From assembly GCA_035556435.1 (NCBI GenBank), contig DATMEY010000032.1, positions 48,720 to 112,719 of the forward strand: a DNA stretch of 64,000 nucleotides, written 5' to 3'. The stretch comes from Ilumatobacter sp. (lineage in GTDB: Bacteria; Actinomycetota; Acidimicrobiia; Acidimicrobiales; Ilumatobacteraceae). The translations under genes were made by a program, and so were the position numbers. Position 1 is the first letter of the stretch. The number at the start of each line of letters is the position of its first letter. Below, piece by piece: positions 25,331-34,532 of this stretch. The notes below the pieces were generated by a model that searched no databases, was not told the DNA's origin, and saw only the letters and a list, made by a program, of their open reading frames with translations.

Positions 25331-26930
25331 CCCACACCTCACCGACATTCCCGCCCAGTTCTCTGCCAGCGGCCGCGGCGGCCTGGTCGCCAGCGCCGAT
25401 CGGCTGGCTACCGCGGCCGGCATCGAGATCCTGCGCCGCGGGGGCAACGCGGTCGACGCGGCGATCGCCACCAACGCGGCGATGGCTGTGGTCGGGCCGC
25501 ATCTGTGCGGCATCGGCGGCGATCTGTTCGCGCTCGTCCACGTCGACGGAACCGTGTACTGCCTGAACGCGAGTGGACGCGCCGGGTCGGGTGCTTCGGC
25601 TGCCGCGTTGCGCGACGATGGCTTCACCGAGATGCCGTTCCGTCACGACATCCGCACGGTCACCGTGCCCGGATGCATCGATGGCTGGGTCGCGCTGCAC
25701 GCCCGGTTCGGGTCGCTGCCACTGGCCGACCTGCTCGCCCCGGCGACCCGGTTGGCCACCGAAGGCTTTCCCGCCAGCCCGCTGCTGGCCTTCTCGATCC
25801 GCCGTGTCGACGACGCCGCCCGCCGCAACCTGGCGGTGCTCGCCGACCAGGCCACGCGGGCCGACGCCCCGGTGCGCCTACCCGGTGTGGCACGTGCGTT
25901 GGCCGCCGTAGGTGCCGACGGCCGGGCCGCGTTCTACGAGGGCGAGTTCGGCGAGGGGCTGCGACAACTCGGTGGCGGGTGGTTCTCTACCGACGACCTG
26001 ACCGACGTCCAGGCCAAGTGGGTGCAGCCCCTGAGCGCCGACGCGTTCGGTGTGACGCTGCACACGGTGCCGCCGAACTCGCAGGGTTACCTCACCATCG
26101 CCGCCGCCCGGCTGGCCACCGCGGTGGGCTTGCCCGACGACCCCGACGACCCCCAGTGGGCGCACACCTTGGCCGAGTGCGCCAAGCAGGCCGGGTTTGA
26201 CCGGCCCGACGTGCTGTTCGACGATGCCGACGGGGAGGCGCTGCTGGCCGCGATCGACGAGCGCGCGGGCCACGTCGACACGCTGCGGGCGAGCGGCCTG
26301 AACGCGCCCGGTCTCGACGGTGACACCACCTATCTGTGCACGGCCGATGCGACCGGCATGGGCGTGTCGTTGATCCAGTCGAACGCGTCCGGGTTCGGGT
26401 CGTGGCTGGCCGAGCCGAACACGGGCATCAACATCCACAACCGCGGGCTCGGCTTCTCGCTGAGGCCCGGGCACCCCGCCGAATTGGCGCCCGGCAAGCG
26501 CCCACCCCACACGCTGTCACCGGCCATCGCCACACGCGGCCGGGCACTGGCCTCGGTGTTCGGCACGATGGGCGGCGACGCCCAGCCGCAGATCCTGCTG
26601 CAACTCGCGGCGCGCCTGTTCGCCGCCGGGCAGGCGCCCGCCGAGGCGATACCGGCTGGGCGGTGGGCCCTGGCCGGGCCCGACACCGGGTTCGACACGT
26701 GGCAACACGGAGCAGCCGTCCCCGACGGTGCGCGCCTGACCGTCAACGTCGAGGGTCACGCACCCGCCGGCTGGGCAGCCGACCTGGCTGCGCGCGGTCA
26801 TCGCGTCGCCGAACTCGGGCGCTACGACACCGCGTTCGGTCACGCCCACGCGATCGTGGTCGGCAGTGACGGCCTGCTGGCGGGTGCCGCCGACCCCCGG
26901 ACAGTCGTCGGCAGTTGCGACACCGTGTAG
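25323..26930 (+). CDS. Gamma-glutamyltransferase family protein
   Basis: GGNAVDAAIA, autoprocessing nucleophile region GDTTYLCTADATGMGVSLIQSN, and TMGGDAQPQ. The ATG at 25323 overlaps the end of the upstream gene. Confidence 0.85.
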   Translation: MSNPHLTDIPAQFSASGRGGLVASADRLATAAGIEILRRGGNAVDAAIATNAAMAVVGPHLCGIGGDLFALVHVDGTVYCLNASGRAGSGASAAALRDDGFTEMPFRHDIRTVTVPGCIDGWVALHARFGSLPLADLLAPATRLATEGFPASPLLAFSIRRVDDAARRNLAVLADQATRADAPVRLPGVARALAAVGADGRAAFYEGEFGEGLRQLGGGWFSTDDLTDVQAKWVQPLSADAFGVTLHTVPPNSQGYLTIAAARLATAVGLPDDPDDPQWAHTLAECAKQAGFDRPDVLFDDADGEALLAAIDERAGHVDTLRASGLNAPGLDGDTTYLCTADATGMGVSLIQSNASGFGSWLAEPNTGINIHNRGLGFSLRPGHPAELAPGKRPPHTLSPAIATRGRALASVFGTMGGDAQPQILLQLAARLFAAGQAPAEAIPAGRWALAGPDTGFDTWQHGAAVPDGARLTVNVEGHAPAGWAADLAARGHRVAELGRYDTAFGHAHAIVVGSDGLLAGAADPRTVVGSCDTV

Positions 26931-27125
26931 GCAGACGTCAGCCCTGAGCAGTCCGCCAGGCGCCCGCCGCGGCCAGGTGCTCTCGGTCAAGTGTTCCTCA
27001 AGACGTGTCCCGTCCATGTCAAGGACGTGCCGCGCCGGCCGATGAACGCCTCGCAGTAGCAGGGCCCCAACCCCTGCTCGACCCAGCCGCCCGGCTGGGA
27101 GCCGGGAAGCGAGGACGCGAGCAGG

Positions 27126-27632
27126 ATGCGTGTGGGAACCGAGGGCCGAGCGCGACCGGTCAATGGCCGCATCGCGCGCGGCGATGGCTACACACTGGTC
27201 GAGATCGTGGTCACGATCGCGATCCTCGGGATCCTGGTCGTGGCGATCCTCAATGCAGTCATCACCGGTATCAAGGCGAGTGCCACCAGTCACAACGCTG
27301 CTCGCGTCGAGACCGCGATCGTGAACGCCGCCGACCGAATCAATCGGGCCCCGAAACGCTGCAACTACACGATGTACGCCCAGGCTGCCGTACTCAGCGA
27401 AGGCTGGGACGCTTCACAGGCCAGCGTGTTGATGCAGTACTGGGTGCCCGGCGCGACGTCGGCCAGCCCTGGCCGCTGGGAGCCCGCTAGTCCGGTGCCT
27501 TGGCAAGCAGGTAGCGGGTGCGGGGTGAACATTCGGCCCCCCGACCTAATCGTCCAAAAAGTGCTGGTCACAATTTCCAGCCCGAACGGTGCCGTGACCC
27601 GGCAGATCGAGGTGGTGAAGTCCGATGTCTGA
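27126..27632 (+). CDS. Prepilin-type (class III signal peptide) pilin/pseudopilin
   Basis: Leader ...RIARGDG followed by YTLVEIVVTIAILGILVVAIL. This is the canonical G/(F,Y,M)TLxE cleavage-methylation motif, with Glu at +5 and a hydrophobic alpha1-N helix. Confidence 0.75.
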   Translation: MRVGTEGRARPVNGRIARGDGYTLVEIVVTIAILGILVVAILNAVITGIKASATSHNAARVETAIVNAADRINRAPKRCNYTMYAQAAVLSEGWDASQASVLMQYWVPGATSASPGRWEPASPVPWQAGSGCGVNIRPPDLIVQKVLVTISSPNGAVTRQIEVVKSDV

Positions 27633-30600
27633 CACCGGCGCCCCGCGTACTGACACCCGAATCGGCGACTCCCGCGACCGCGGCATGACGCTGCCCGAGC
27701 TGATGATTGCCGTGACGGTCGCGGCCTTGATCGCTGGCGTGCTGGCGACTTCGATCATCGTCACCATGCGCCAGCGTGACAACACCGAGGGTCGCCTGAA
27801 CGTCGCCCGCGCCGAACAGAACGTCAGCATGTGGATGCCGGCCGACCTGGCCTCGGCCGACACGGTCAACACCAGCCCGTGGTTGACGCCGTGCGGCAGC
27901 GCCATGTGCGATGACATCTACCTCGGTGACGGATCGAATGTGTTGATGCTGGAATGGAGTGAGGCCGGCGAGGGTGACGCGCTGTGCCCCCCAGAAGGCA
28001 TGCACAACTGCACCGTGACCCGCGTGTCGTACAACTTCTATCCCGCACCCGACGGCAACCTGTACGAGTTGCGTCGCGTCGAGTGTGTCTCCGCCGATCT
28101 GGTGGCGTGGTCGTGCTCGCAGAACGTCATCTTGCGTGAGTTGCCCGGGCCTCCCGGTGGTGTCGACTTCGTGCCTGGCGTGGGCATGGGGGCTGTCGAG
28201 TGCATCGAGCGCGAGAATGATCCAACCCAGACCAACTGCACTCGACCTACCTGGGTCATCATCGTCAGCGAGCCACTCGACCCGTGCGCCGGCCTTGAGG
28301 CGAGCGAACTCACAGCATGCATCGGTGTCGGTGAACCTGGCGGCACGATCAAGAACGCCAACAGGGTGATCGTCTCGATCAACGGCGGTGGCGACAGCAG
28401 CGGCTCGGGCGGTGGCATCAACCAGATCAGCATCACCGCCGGTGGTACTGCTCGCCGCACCATCAGTGCCGACAGCATGACTGGCGCACCGAGTTTCCTC
28501 GAGGCGAAGAGCCGTTGTGGTGGCCCGCTGACGCTGATCATCGACCAGTCTGGCTCGATCGTCAACACCGGTTACGGCCCCGGGCGTGTGCGCGAGGCGG
28601 CGATCGAGTTCGCCCGGCTCCTCCGTGGCACTCCTGTCGACATCCAGGTGATCGAGTTCGACACGACCGCCAACGTGCTCGGCGACGGCGAGTCGGTCCG
28701 GCCCGAGCCTGGGTGGCACGAGTACTTCGAGATGAGCGAGCAGGATGATTGGGAGCGCCTCGAGTCGCTGTTGGCAGGGATGACATTCGGTGGAGGTACG
28801 AACTGGGAGGACGCGCTGTTCCACACGTTCTTCAACCCTGACGGCACCACCCCGCAGATCGTGCCCAAGACCGTGGTGTTCTTCACCGACGGTGTACCGA
28901 CCTACAGCCGACAGAGCTACCGCAACGCCTTGGGGATGCCGCCGGCGTCACCGCTCTACGACGGCAGCCTCTGGCAGACCTACAATCCCAGCAACGGCAG
29001 GTGGACCAACGGCGAGAGCGGCGCGAACTACAACCAGGGGGCCTTCCACCGCGCGGAGAACATCGCCATGAAGGTCCGCGCCGAGCAGGGCGGGTACGTC
29101 CGCATCATCGGTGTTGGCGTGGGCGGCATCAACGACAACTCGCAGTGGGTGAGCAACCCAGGCGCCGGCTATCAGAACGCGTGGGAGCACGCCTACGGCC
29201 GATACCAACAAGGAACGACCGAATACCGCAGCAACCTCGACTTCGAATACGCCAGCACCTTCCGCACCAACGGCAACTATCAGCAGGCGACCAGCAACTG
29301 GCGGTCGACGGGCGACTTCGAGCGGGGTAACGGGTTCCAGACGAACCATCGCTTCCAACGGCGAGAATCGGGTAGTTGGCAGAACACGAACGCCGCCACG
29401 TACTACGCCAACAACACCACGCCGGACGACAGCGACGGCTACCGCATCAATGGCACCACCTCGTGGGCGACGCTGACCGAGGCTCTCTACGACGCGCACC
29501 GCGAATCGTCACCGTCGAACTTCCGGGTGAGTTCCTGGACCGACGCGACCCCGACCGACTACTTCACGAGCCAGCCGTCGGCACCCACCAAGTGGCGAAT
29601 CAACGGCACACGGTCGGCCTACAACATCACCCAGGCGGTGTTCTCGGCGTACGCCCATCTTGAGCCGTCGTACTTCACTGCGACCTGGACCAACCGGACG
29701 GTCACCGACTACTACGCCGGTCAGCCGTCGGCGCCCGGACTTTGGCGAATCAACGGCACACGCGGGACTTGGACCACGATCACTGCCGCCCAATTCGCGG
29801 CCTACGCCCATCTCAACCCGACCTACTTCGATGCGAACTGGGCCGACCGTACGCCCACCCAGTACTACAGCGGCCAACCGGCCGCACCCGACAACTGGCG
29901 GATCAACGGCACTCGCGCCTGGTACACCGTGACGGAAGCCGAGTTCAACGCGTACCACGGTGGCGACACCTCGGTGAACTGGAGCCCGATGACCTGGTCG
30001 TGGGTATCGAAGGCCGTGTACGACGCGGGCGTGGCGACCGACCCGGACAGCTTCCGCGACACCGGAACCAATACGTCGCTGCCTGTGACGACACCCGGCG
30101 CCGAGTTCGAGGTGGTCGGCGCCCGCGGCACGCCGGAGGACCATTACCGGCAGGTGAAGGTCTACCCCGCCAACGGGCCATACGACGGCATCCAGGACCG
30201 CTCGGTGGCGCCCACGTCCGGGAAGACCATCCTCGCCCGGTTGGTCGCCGGCAACGACACCGGTCTGCCGTACGTGCCTGCGGACGCAGAGGGCAACGAC
30301 AACGCCGAAGAGGCGAACATGTTCGTGATCCAGGGCAACAGTGACGCAGCTTGGGCAGAACTGACACCAGCGATGAGGGCCATCGCGCTCGGCCAGTGTG
30401 GCGGCACCCTGACACTCTCGACCAAGACATCGAACGGCCAGAGCGTCTCGGCACCATTCACCTACGAGAACTCGGCGGTCTTCCACGCCGACGGCGCCGC
30501 GGTCGAGCCGTTCCAGCCAAACATCGTCACGACCAATGCCCATGATCGCCAGAAGGGTTTCGACTACGCGGTGCCGGGGGGCACGTTCATCACGACTGAG

Positions 30601-30834
30601 ATTCGGCCGCAGGCCTCGTCCGTGCTGCTGCGTTTCCAGCCGCTCGGGTGGGAATGCCGGGCTGGCGCGCGCGTGCTGGGCGCGGCCGATATGAACGAAC
30701 AACCGATCGAGCTCGTCGTCACCAATCCGGACGGTACGACCACGACGGTGCTGTCTGGGTGGAGCCAGATCTCGGTACGAATCGGAGCGAACGAGGCCGT
30801 CTCGTGCACACTTCGGGTGGCGCAGACCTCGTGA
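27625..30834 (+). CDS. 1,069-aa modular pilin-like protein: prepilin N-terminus, vWA module, Trp-rich tandem repeats
   Basis: N-terminus DSRDRG/MTLPELMIAVTVAALIAGVL (Glu +5). vWA/MIDAS region LTLIIDQSGSI ... GGTNWEDAL ... VVFFTDGVPT ... VRIIGVGVG (~28510-29130). Roughly 50-aa tandem repeats at 29440-29958. Its start overlaps the upstream gene by 8 nt. Confidence 0.75.
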   Translation: MSDTGAPRTDTRIGDSRDRGMTLPELMIAVTVAALIAGVLATSIIVTMRQRDNTEGRLNVARAEQNVSMWMPADLASADTVNTSPWLTPCGSAMCDDIYLGDGSNVLMLEWSEAGEGDALCPPEGMHNCTVTRVSYNFYPAPDGNLYELRRVECVSADLVAWSCSQNVILRELPGPPGGVDFVPGVGMGAVECIERENDPTQTNCTRPTWVIIVSEPLDPCAGLEASELTACIGVGEPGGTIKNANRVIVSINGGGDSSGSGGGINQISITAGGTARRTISADSMTGAPSFLEAKSRCGGPLTLIIDQSGSIVNTGYGPGRVREAAIEFARLLRGTPVDIQVIEFDTTANVLGDGESVRPEPGWHEYFEMSEQDDWERLESLLAGMTFGGGTNWEDALFHTFFNPDGTTPQIVPKTVVFFTDGVPTYSRQSYRNALGMPPASPLYDGSLWQTYNPSNGRWTNGESGANYNQGAFHRAENIAMKVRAEQGGYVRIIGVGVGGINDNSQWVSNPGAGYQNAWEHAYGRYQQGTTEYRSNLDFEYASTFRTNGNYQQATSNWRSTGDFERGNGFQTNHRFQRRESGSWQNTNAATYYANNTTPDDSDGYRINGTTSWATLTEALYDAHRESSPSNFRVSSWTDATPTDYFTSQPSAPTKWRINGTRSAYNITQAVFSAYAHLEPSYFTATWTNRTVTDYYAGQPSAPGLWRINGTRGTWTTITAAQFAAYAHLNPTYFDANWADRTPTQYYSGQPAAPDNWRINGTRAWYTVTEAEFNAYHGGDTSVNWSPMTWSWVSKAVYDAGVATDPDSFRDTGTNTSLPVTTPGAEFEVVGARGTPEDHYRQVKVYPANGPYDGIQDRSVAPTSGKTILARLVAGNDTGLPYVPADAEGNDNAEEANMFVIQGNSDAAWAELTPAMRAIALGQCGGTLTLSTKTSNGQSVSAPFTYENSAVFHADGAAVEPFQPNIVTTNAHDRQKGFDYAVPGGTFITTEIRPQASSVLLRFQPLGWECRAGARVLGAADMNEQPIELVVTNPDGTTTTVLSGWSQISVRIGANEAVSCTLRVAQTS
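29440..29958 (+). repeat. About 3.5 tandem ~50-aa (about 150-nt) coding repeats inside the modular pilin
   Basis: Units begin at YRINGTT, WRINGTRSAY, WRINGTRGTW and WRINGTRAWY. Consensus: W-R-I-N-G-T-R-x3-I-T-x-A-x-F-x-A-Y-A-H-L-x-P-x-Y-F-x-A-x-W-x-x-R-T-x-T-D/Q-Y-Y-x-G-Q-P-S/A-A-P. Confidence 0.75.
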
Positions 30835-33269
30835 CCATCCCGGGCCGCTTCCGTCACCCTGAACACCGGGCCATCGCCGATCAACGCGATCGTGGCTCGG
30901 TGCTGATCCTTGCGCTCGTTTTCATGGTGATTGGAGCGATGATCGTGCTGCCCTTGCTGTCGTACTCGATGGCGGTGTTGCGGGCGAACTCGGTACTCAG
31001 CAACAAGACCCAACGAATCGAAGCCGTCAAGGGCGGCCTACGTGCCTCGCTGGCCAATCCGCTCGACCTCTACAAGACGTGCGGCGAGGGTGAGTCGCTC
31101 AGTTCGGTGGACGTCAACGGGATGACGGTGTACAACGAGTGTCGCTTCCTGTACGCGGCCAAGGCGCTCGCCGAGACCGAGATCCGTTACGGAATCGTCA
31201 CCACACAGGTCGGCGAGTCGGCGCCGCCGTACCTTGCCGGGTCGCGGTACGAGCCGGTCGACCCTGACTCGGCGACCGGTTGGTTGGCCGACACCACGCT
31301 CGACTCGGTCACCGGCAACATCATGTTGCCGAACCTGCCCGTGTACGGCACCAGCCCACGCTCGCCGCTCGGTTCGCAGATGCCCGAAGACTACGTACCC
31401 GACGGATACGACAGCTGCAAGGTGTTCTTCCCGGGCAAGTACGTCGACGCGCTGACGCTCGACGGCCCGGCGTTCTTCGTCAGCGGGATCTACTACTTCA
31501 CCCAGCCGGTCACCATCCTCGGGGGCGCGCGCGTGGTCGTGGGCGACGGCACTCACGAAGGGTGCACAACCTCGCAGGAGGCGGTGTTCTACGCAGAGCC
31601 ACCACCTTCGGGCTCCCACAACGTCAACGGACTCGGCGCGACGTGGGTACTTGGCGACGCGGCTCGTGTCGTGTTCGACAACACGAGGACGCGTGACGGC
31701 TCACCGAATGCACAGCCGATCGAGTTCACGTTCAACCAGCGCTACGTCGCTCCGAAAGATCTGGCGAGCCGGCCCTCGGCCGACGTGTCGATCGTGACCG
31801 TCAACGGTGACCTGGAACGCACGCCCGACTTGCCCGGCGAGGGTCGCTATCTCGAAGTACACGATCCGGCCGATCCGGCTCGGCCGATCCTGCACGTGCC
31901 CGAGCAGTTCATCGGCGCAGTCGCCGACGACCCCGACACTCCCGATGTCAACGAGTCGGACACCGTCCGCGACACCGGCGAGAGCGCGACGGCTGCCGGG
32001 TACGTACCATCGGTGTTCACTCCCAAGCCACGGGTACCAGGTAGCCCAACCGGTGTGTCCGTCCAGACACATGACCAAACGCTGATCGTCCGCTGGTCGG
32101 CGCCCAGCGACGACGGCAACTCGCCGATCGTCGGCTACGTGGCTCGCGCAACGACAAACAACGGCGCTATCGAGGCGGGCACGTGCGCGACCAACGGTGC
32201 GCTGGAATGTGTGATCACCGGGCTCAACCCGGCGCTCGACCACAAGGTGAGTGTCGAGGCGATCAACCACTGGATGACCCAGCAGGATCCGCCGCGGACC
32301 CCCAACCCGTGGGTGTCGACGGCGACCTGGAAGCCAACCGGTAGTTCCCTACCGGCCCCGTTCGAGCCACCCGCTCCCACGGTGGCGATGTACCGCGACG
32401 AAACGGAGACCGACCCGCGCGCCGCTGGCGTGGCTCACGTCGAGTTCGTGCTCCCCACACCCACCCAGGGCAGCACGCCCGTCAGTGGATACGAGATCGA
32501 GCACCGCCAGATCACCGACGGTGACGGCGCACCCGTGACCCAGCTGTGGGAGTCGTGCAACGGTGACGAAACGCCAGACGTCAACGCGACCGTCGCCGAA
32601 CTGGACCCAGCAACGCTGTACTGCGACGTCACCGGGCTCGACCCGACCGCGTCGTACGAATTCCGAGTGGTGGCGCAAGCAACGTCGACCCTGGCGACCG
32701 CCTCACCAAGCCCCTCCCCTGTCTACGACCGGACCGACGCCGGGACGGTCGCCGCGGGCGCTCCCGATCACGCGGCGCTTGACACGATCGACCCACTCGA
32801 CCCGTACTACGGGCTGTTGGCTGCCTACGTCGAGGCCGCCTGGGAGCCGCACGCCGACCACGCGCCGCCTCCGGCGGCGTTGCCAGCTCCGGGCCCGCCG
32901 ATCCCCGTGGTCGAGTTCAACCTCATCAACCCTGATGCGACCGCGGTGATCAACATCGCCAGCTACGTGGCAGTCCCCCAGGGCCGCTTCGTACTCGACA
33001 ACCCGAGCGGCTATGACGTGCGCATCGGCGGCGGCGTGCTCGCCTCCAGCATGGCGATCGACGACAGCCGTTCCACGTGCGCTGGATCGGCGCCGCCCGG
33101 GTGTGTGCCCGACGCGCCCGAGATCGTTCCTGTCGGGCTCCGGCCGGTCGAGGTGCAACGCAAGTTCATGATCCTTTCCACCGTCACGACCGGTCGCGAG
33201 CGCTCGGTGGCGGTGGTGCAGGTCAACCAGAACGGCGCCTATGCCGTGAACTCCTGGGAAGTCCAGTAG
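30831..33269 (+). CDS. TadE/TadG-like N-terminal anchor protein with two fibronectin type III domains
   Basis: The GTG at 30831 overlaps the upstream stop (GTGA). N-terminus DRGSVLILALVFMVIGAMIVLPLLSY is Tad/TadG-like. FN3-like segments: PGSPTGVSVQTHDQTLIVRWSAPSDDGNSPIVGYV... and ...TPVSGYEIEHRQ...YEFRVVAQA. Confidence 0.65.
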   Translation: MTIPGRFRHPEHRAIADQRDRGSVLILALVFMVIGAMIVLPLLSYSMAVLRANSVLSNKTQRIEAVKGGLRASLANPLDLYKTCGEGESLSSVDVNGMTVYNECRFLYAAKALAETEIRYGIVTTQVGESAPPYLAGSRYEPVDPDSATGWLADTTLDSVTGNIMLPNLPVYGTSPRSPLGSQMPEDYVPDGYDSCKVFFPGKYVDALTLDGPAFFVSGIYYFTQPVTILGGARVVVGDGTHEGCTTSQEAVFYAEPPPSGSHNVNGLGATWVLGDAARVVFDNTRTRDGSPNAQPIEFTFNQRYVAPKDLASRPSADVSIVTVNGDLERTPDLPGEGRYLEVHDPADPARPILHVPEQFIGAVADDPDTPDVNESDTVRDTGESATAAGYVPSVFTPKPRVPGSPTGVSVQTHDQTLIVRWSAPSDDGNSPIVGYVARATTNNGAIEAGTCATNGALECVITGLNPALDHKVSVEAINHWMTQQDPPRTPNPWVSTATWKPTGSSLPAPFEPPAPTVAMYRDETETDPRAAGVAHVEFVLPTPTQGSTPVSGYEIEHRQITDGDGAPVTQLWESCNGDETPDVNATVAELDPATLYCDVTGLDPTASYEFRVVAQATSTLATASPSPSPVYDRTDAGTVAAGAPDHAALDTIDPLDPYYGLLAAYVEAAWEPHADHAPPPAALPAPGPPIPVVEFNLINPDATAVINIASYVAVPQGRFVLDNPSGYDVRIGGGVLASSMAIDDSRSTCAGSAPPGCVPDAPEIVPVGLRPVEVQRKFMILSTVTTGRERSVAVVQVNQNGAYAVNSWEVQ

Positions 33270-33272
33270 CGG

Positions 33273-33347
33273 GGTCTCGATACACCGGCTGCGCCGGCAC
33301 TCGACCACCGGTGCCCAGGGTCGGCGCGCAGGGCCCGTGTCGAGACC
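33273..33347. repeat. Family-B palindromic repeat, copy B1 (inner right arm degenerate)
   Basis: GGTCTCGATACACCGG...GGCACTCGACCACC...CCGTGTCGAGACC lies between convergent genes (stops at 33269 and 33354). Aligns with B2 at 41182-41268. Confidence 0.7.
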
Positions 33348-33353
33348 ACTGCG

Positions 33354-34514
33354 TCAGGTGAGCAGGGGGGCTACTTCGGCCATGAAGCGTTGCATTTGTT
33401 CGTCGGCCTTCTTGTAGGGGTCGCCGAGCAGGTGCGGGAAGATCGTGAGGTGCTCGACGCCGAGTAGGTCGCGGTAGAACTGGATGCCCTCGGCGACGTC
33501 GGCGGGCGTACCGAGCAGGATCGTCTTGTTGGCGATCGACTCGTCGAGCGTGGGGATCAGGCCGGGCTGGGCCGGCTTGCCGTCGGCACCCATGTAGCCG
33601 CGGCTCCACCCGTACGGGCCGAGGAACTTCCAGAACTCGTCGTGGCCCGGGGTGGCGGTGCGCACCGCCTCCTCGTAGGTGTCCTCGATGCGCACAGCGA
33701 TGACGAGCATGCGCTGCTCGCCGGCTGTCAGCGTGGTGCCGTGTGCGCCTTCGTACACCTCGCCATAGCGGTCCCACATGCGCTTGATGAACGAGTAGTG
33801 CTGGTTCCAGAACACCGCCCCGTGGCCGACGGTGGGCACGTAGTCGAGCGTGGGCGGGCTGGTGACCGCCTGCCAGATCTCGTACGGGAACACCGGCCGC
33901 GGCACCAGCGTCAGGTGCTGCACGGTGGTGCCCCGGTCGGGGATGCCCGGCACCGGGATCTGGAAATGCTTGCCGCTGAACGCGAACGTCTCCTGGCTCA
34001 GTGCCCGGCGGACGATCTCCATCGACTCCTCGAACACCTCGCGGTTGCGTTCGTCGTCGGCGCGCTGGTCGGGGTTGTCGTGCGAGCCGATCGACACACC
34101 CTTGTCGTTGAGGTGCAGCACCTCGCGCGGTACCGTGCCGCGGCCCACCCCGAGGATGCCGCGCCCGCCAGACAGGTTGTGCAAGGTGGCGAAATCCTCG
34201 GCGAGGCGCAGCGGGTTCCACTGCGGCACGACGTTGAACATCGTGCCGAGGCGGAGGCGGCTGGTGCGGGCGGCGATCCACGTCGACAGCTGGATGCCGT
34301 TCGGGATCACCTCGTAGCCCTCGTACTGGAAGTGGTGCTCGGTGGTCCAGAACGAGTCGAACCCGGCCTGTTCGGCGACCAGCGCCGAGTCGACGTAGTC
34401 GAGCACGGCCTGCCAACACTGGGCGTTGTCGTAGCGCCGGTCCATCGGTGCCGGCGGCCCGGCACCCGCGTCGTCCATCTCCACGCCGCCGAAGAAGAAC
34501 GCTCCGTAGTGCAT
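33354..34514 (-). CDS. LLM-class (luciferase-like) flavin-dependent oxidoreductase
   Basis: MHYGAFFFGG...AEQAGFDSFWTTEHHFQYEGYEVIPN...LGTMFNVVPQWNPLRLAEDFATL. The internal ATG at 34514 was chosen; the upstream part of the track ORF overlaps the divergent gene. Confidence 0.85.
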   Translation of the reverse strand: MHYGAFFFGGVEMDDAGAGPPAPMDRRYDNAQCWQAVLDYVDSALVAEQAGFDSFWTTEHHFQYEGYEVIPNGIQLSTWIAARTSRLRLGTMFNVVPQWNPLRLAEDFATLHNLSGGRGILGVGRGTVPREVLHLNDKGVSIGSHDNPDQRADDERNREVFEESMEIVRRALSQETFAFSGKHFQIPVPGIPDRGTTVQHLTLVPRPVFPYEIWQAVTSPPTLDYVPTVGHGAVFWNQHYSFIKRMWDRYGEVYEGAHGTTLTAGEQRMLVIAVRIEDTYEEAVRTATPGHDEFWKFLGPYGWSRGYMGADGKPAQPGLIPTLDESIANKTILLGTPADVAEGIQFYRDLLGVEHLTIFPHLLGDPYKKADEQMQRFMAEVAPLLT

Positions 34515-34532
34515 GCCCGTACTATCCCACAG

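Noticed and set aside
26931-27125. Small ORF 26987..27172 (minus) and hairpins (27058-27078, 27083-27098) upstream of the pilin operon as a regulatory gene or attenuator
   Set aside because: The ORF has implausible composition and overlaps the pilin start. The hairpins lack a following U-tract and cannot be assigned a function from sequence alone.
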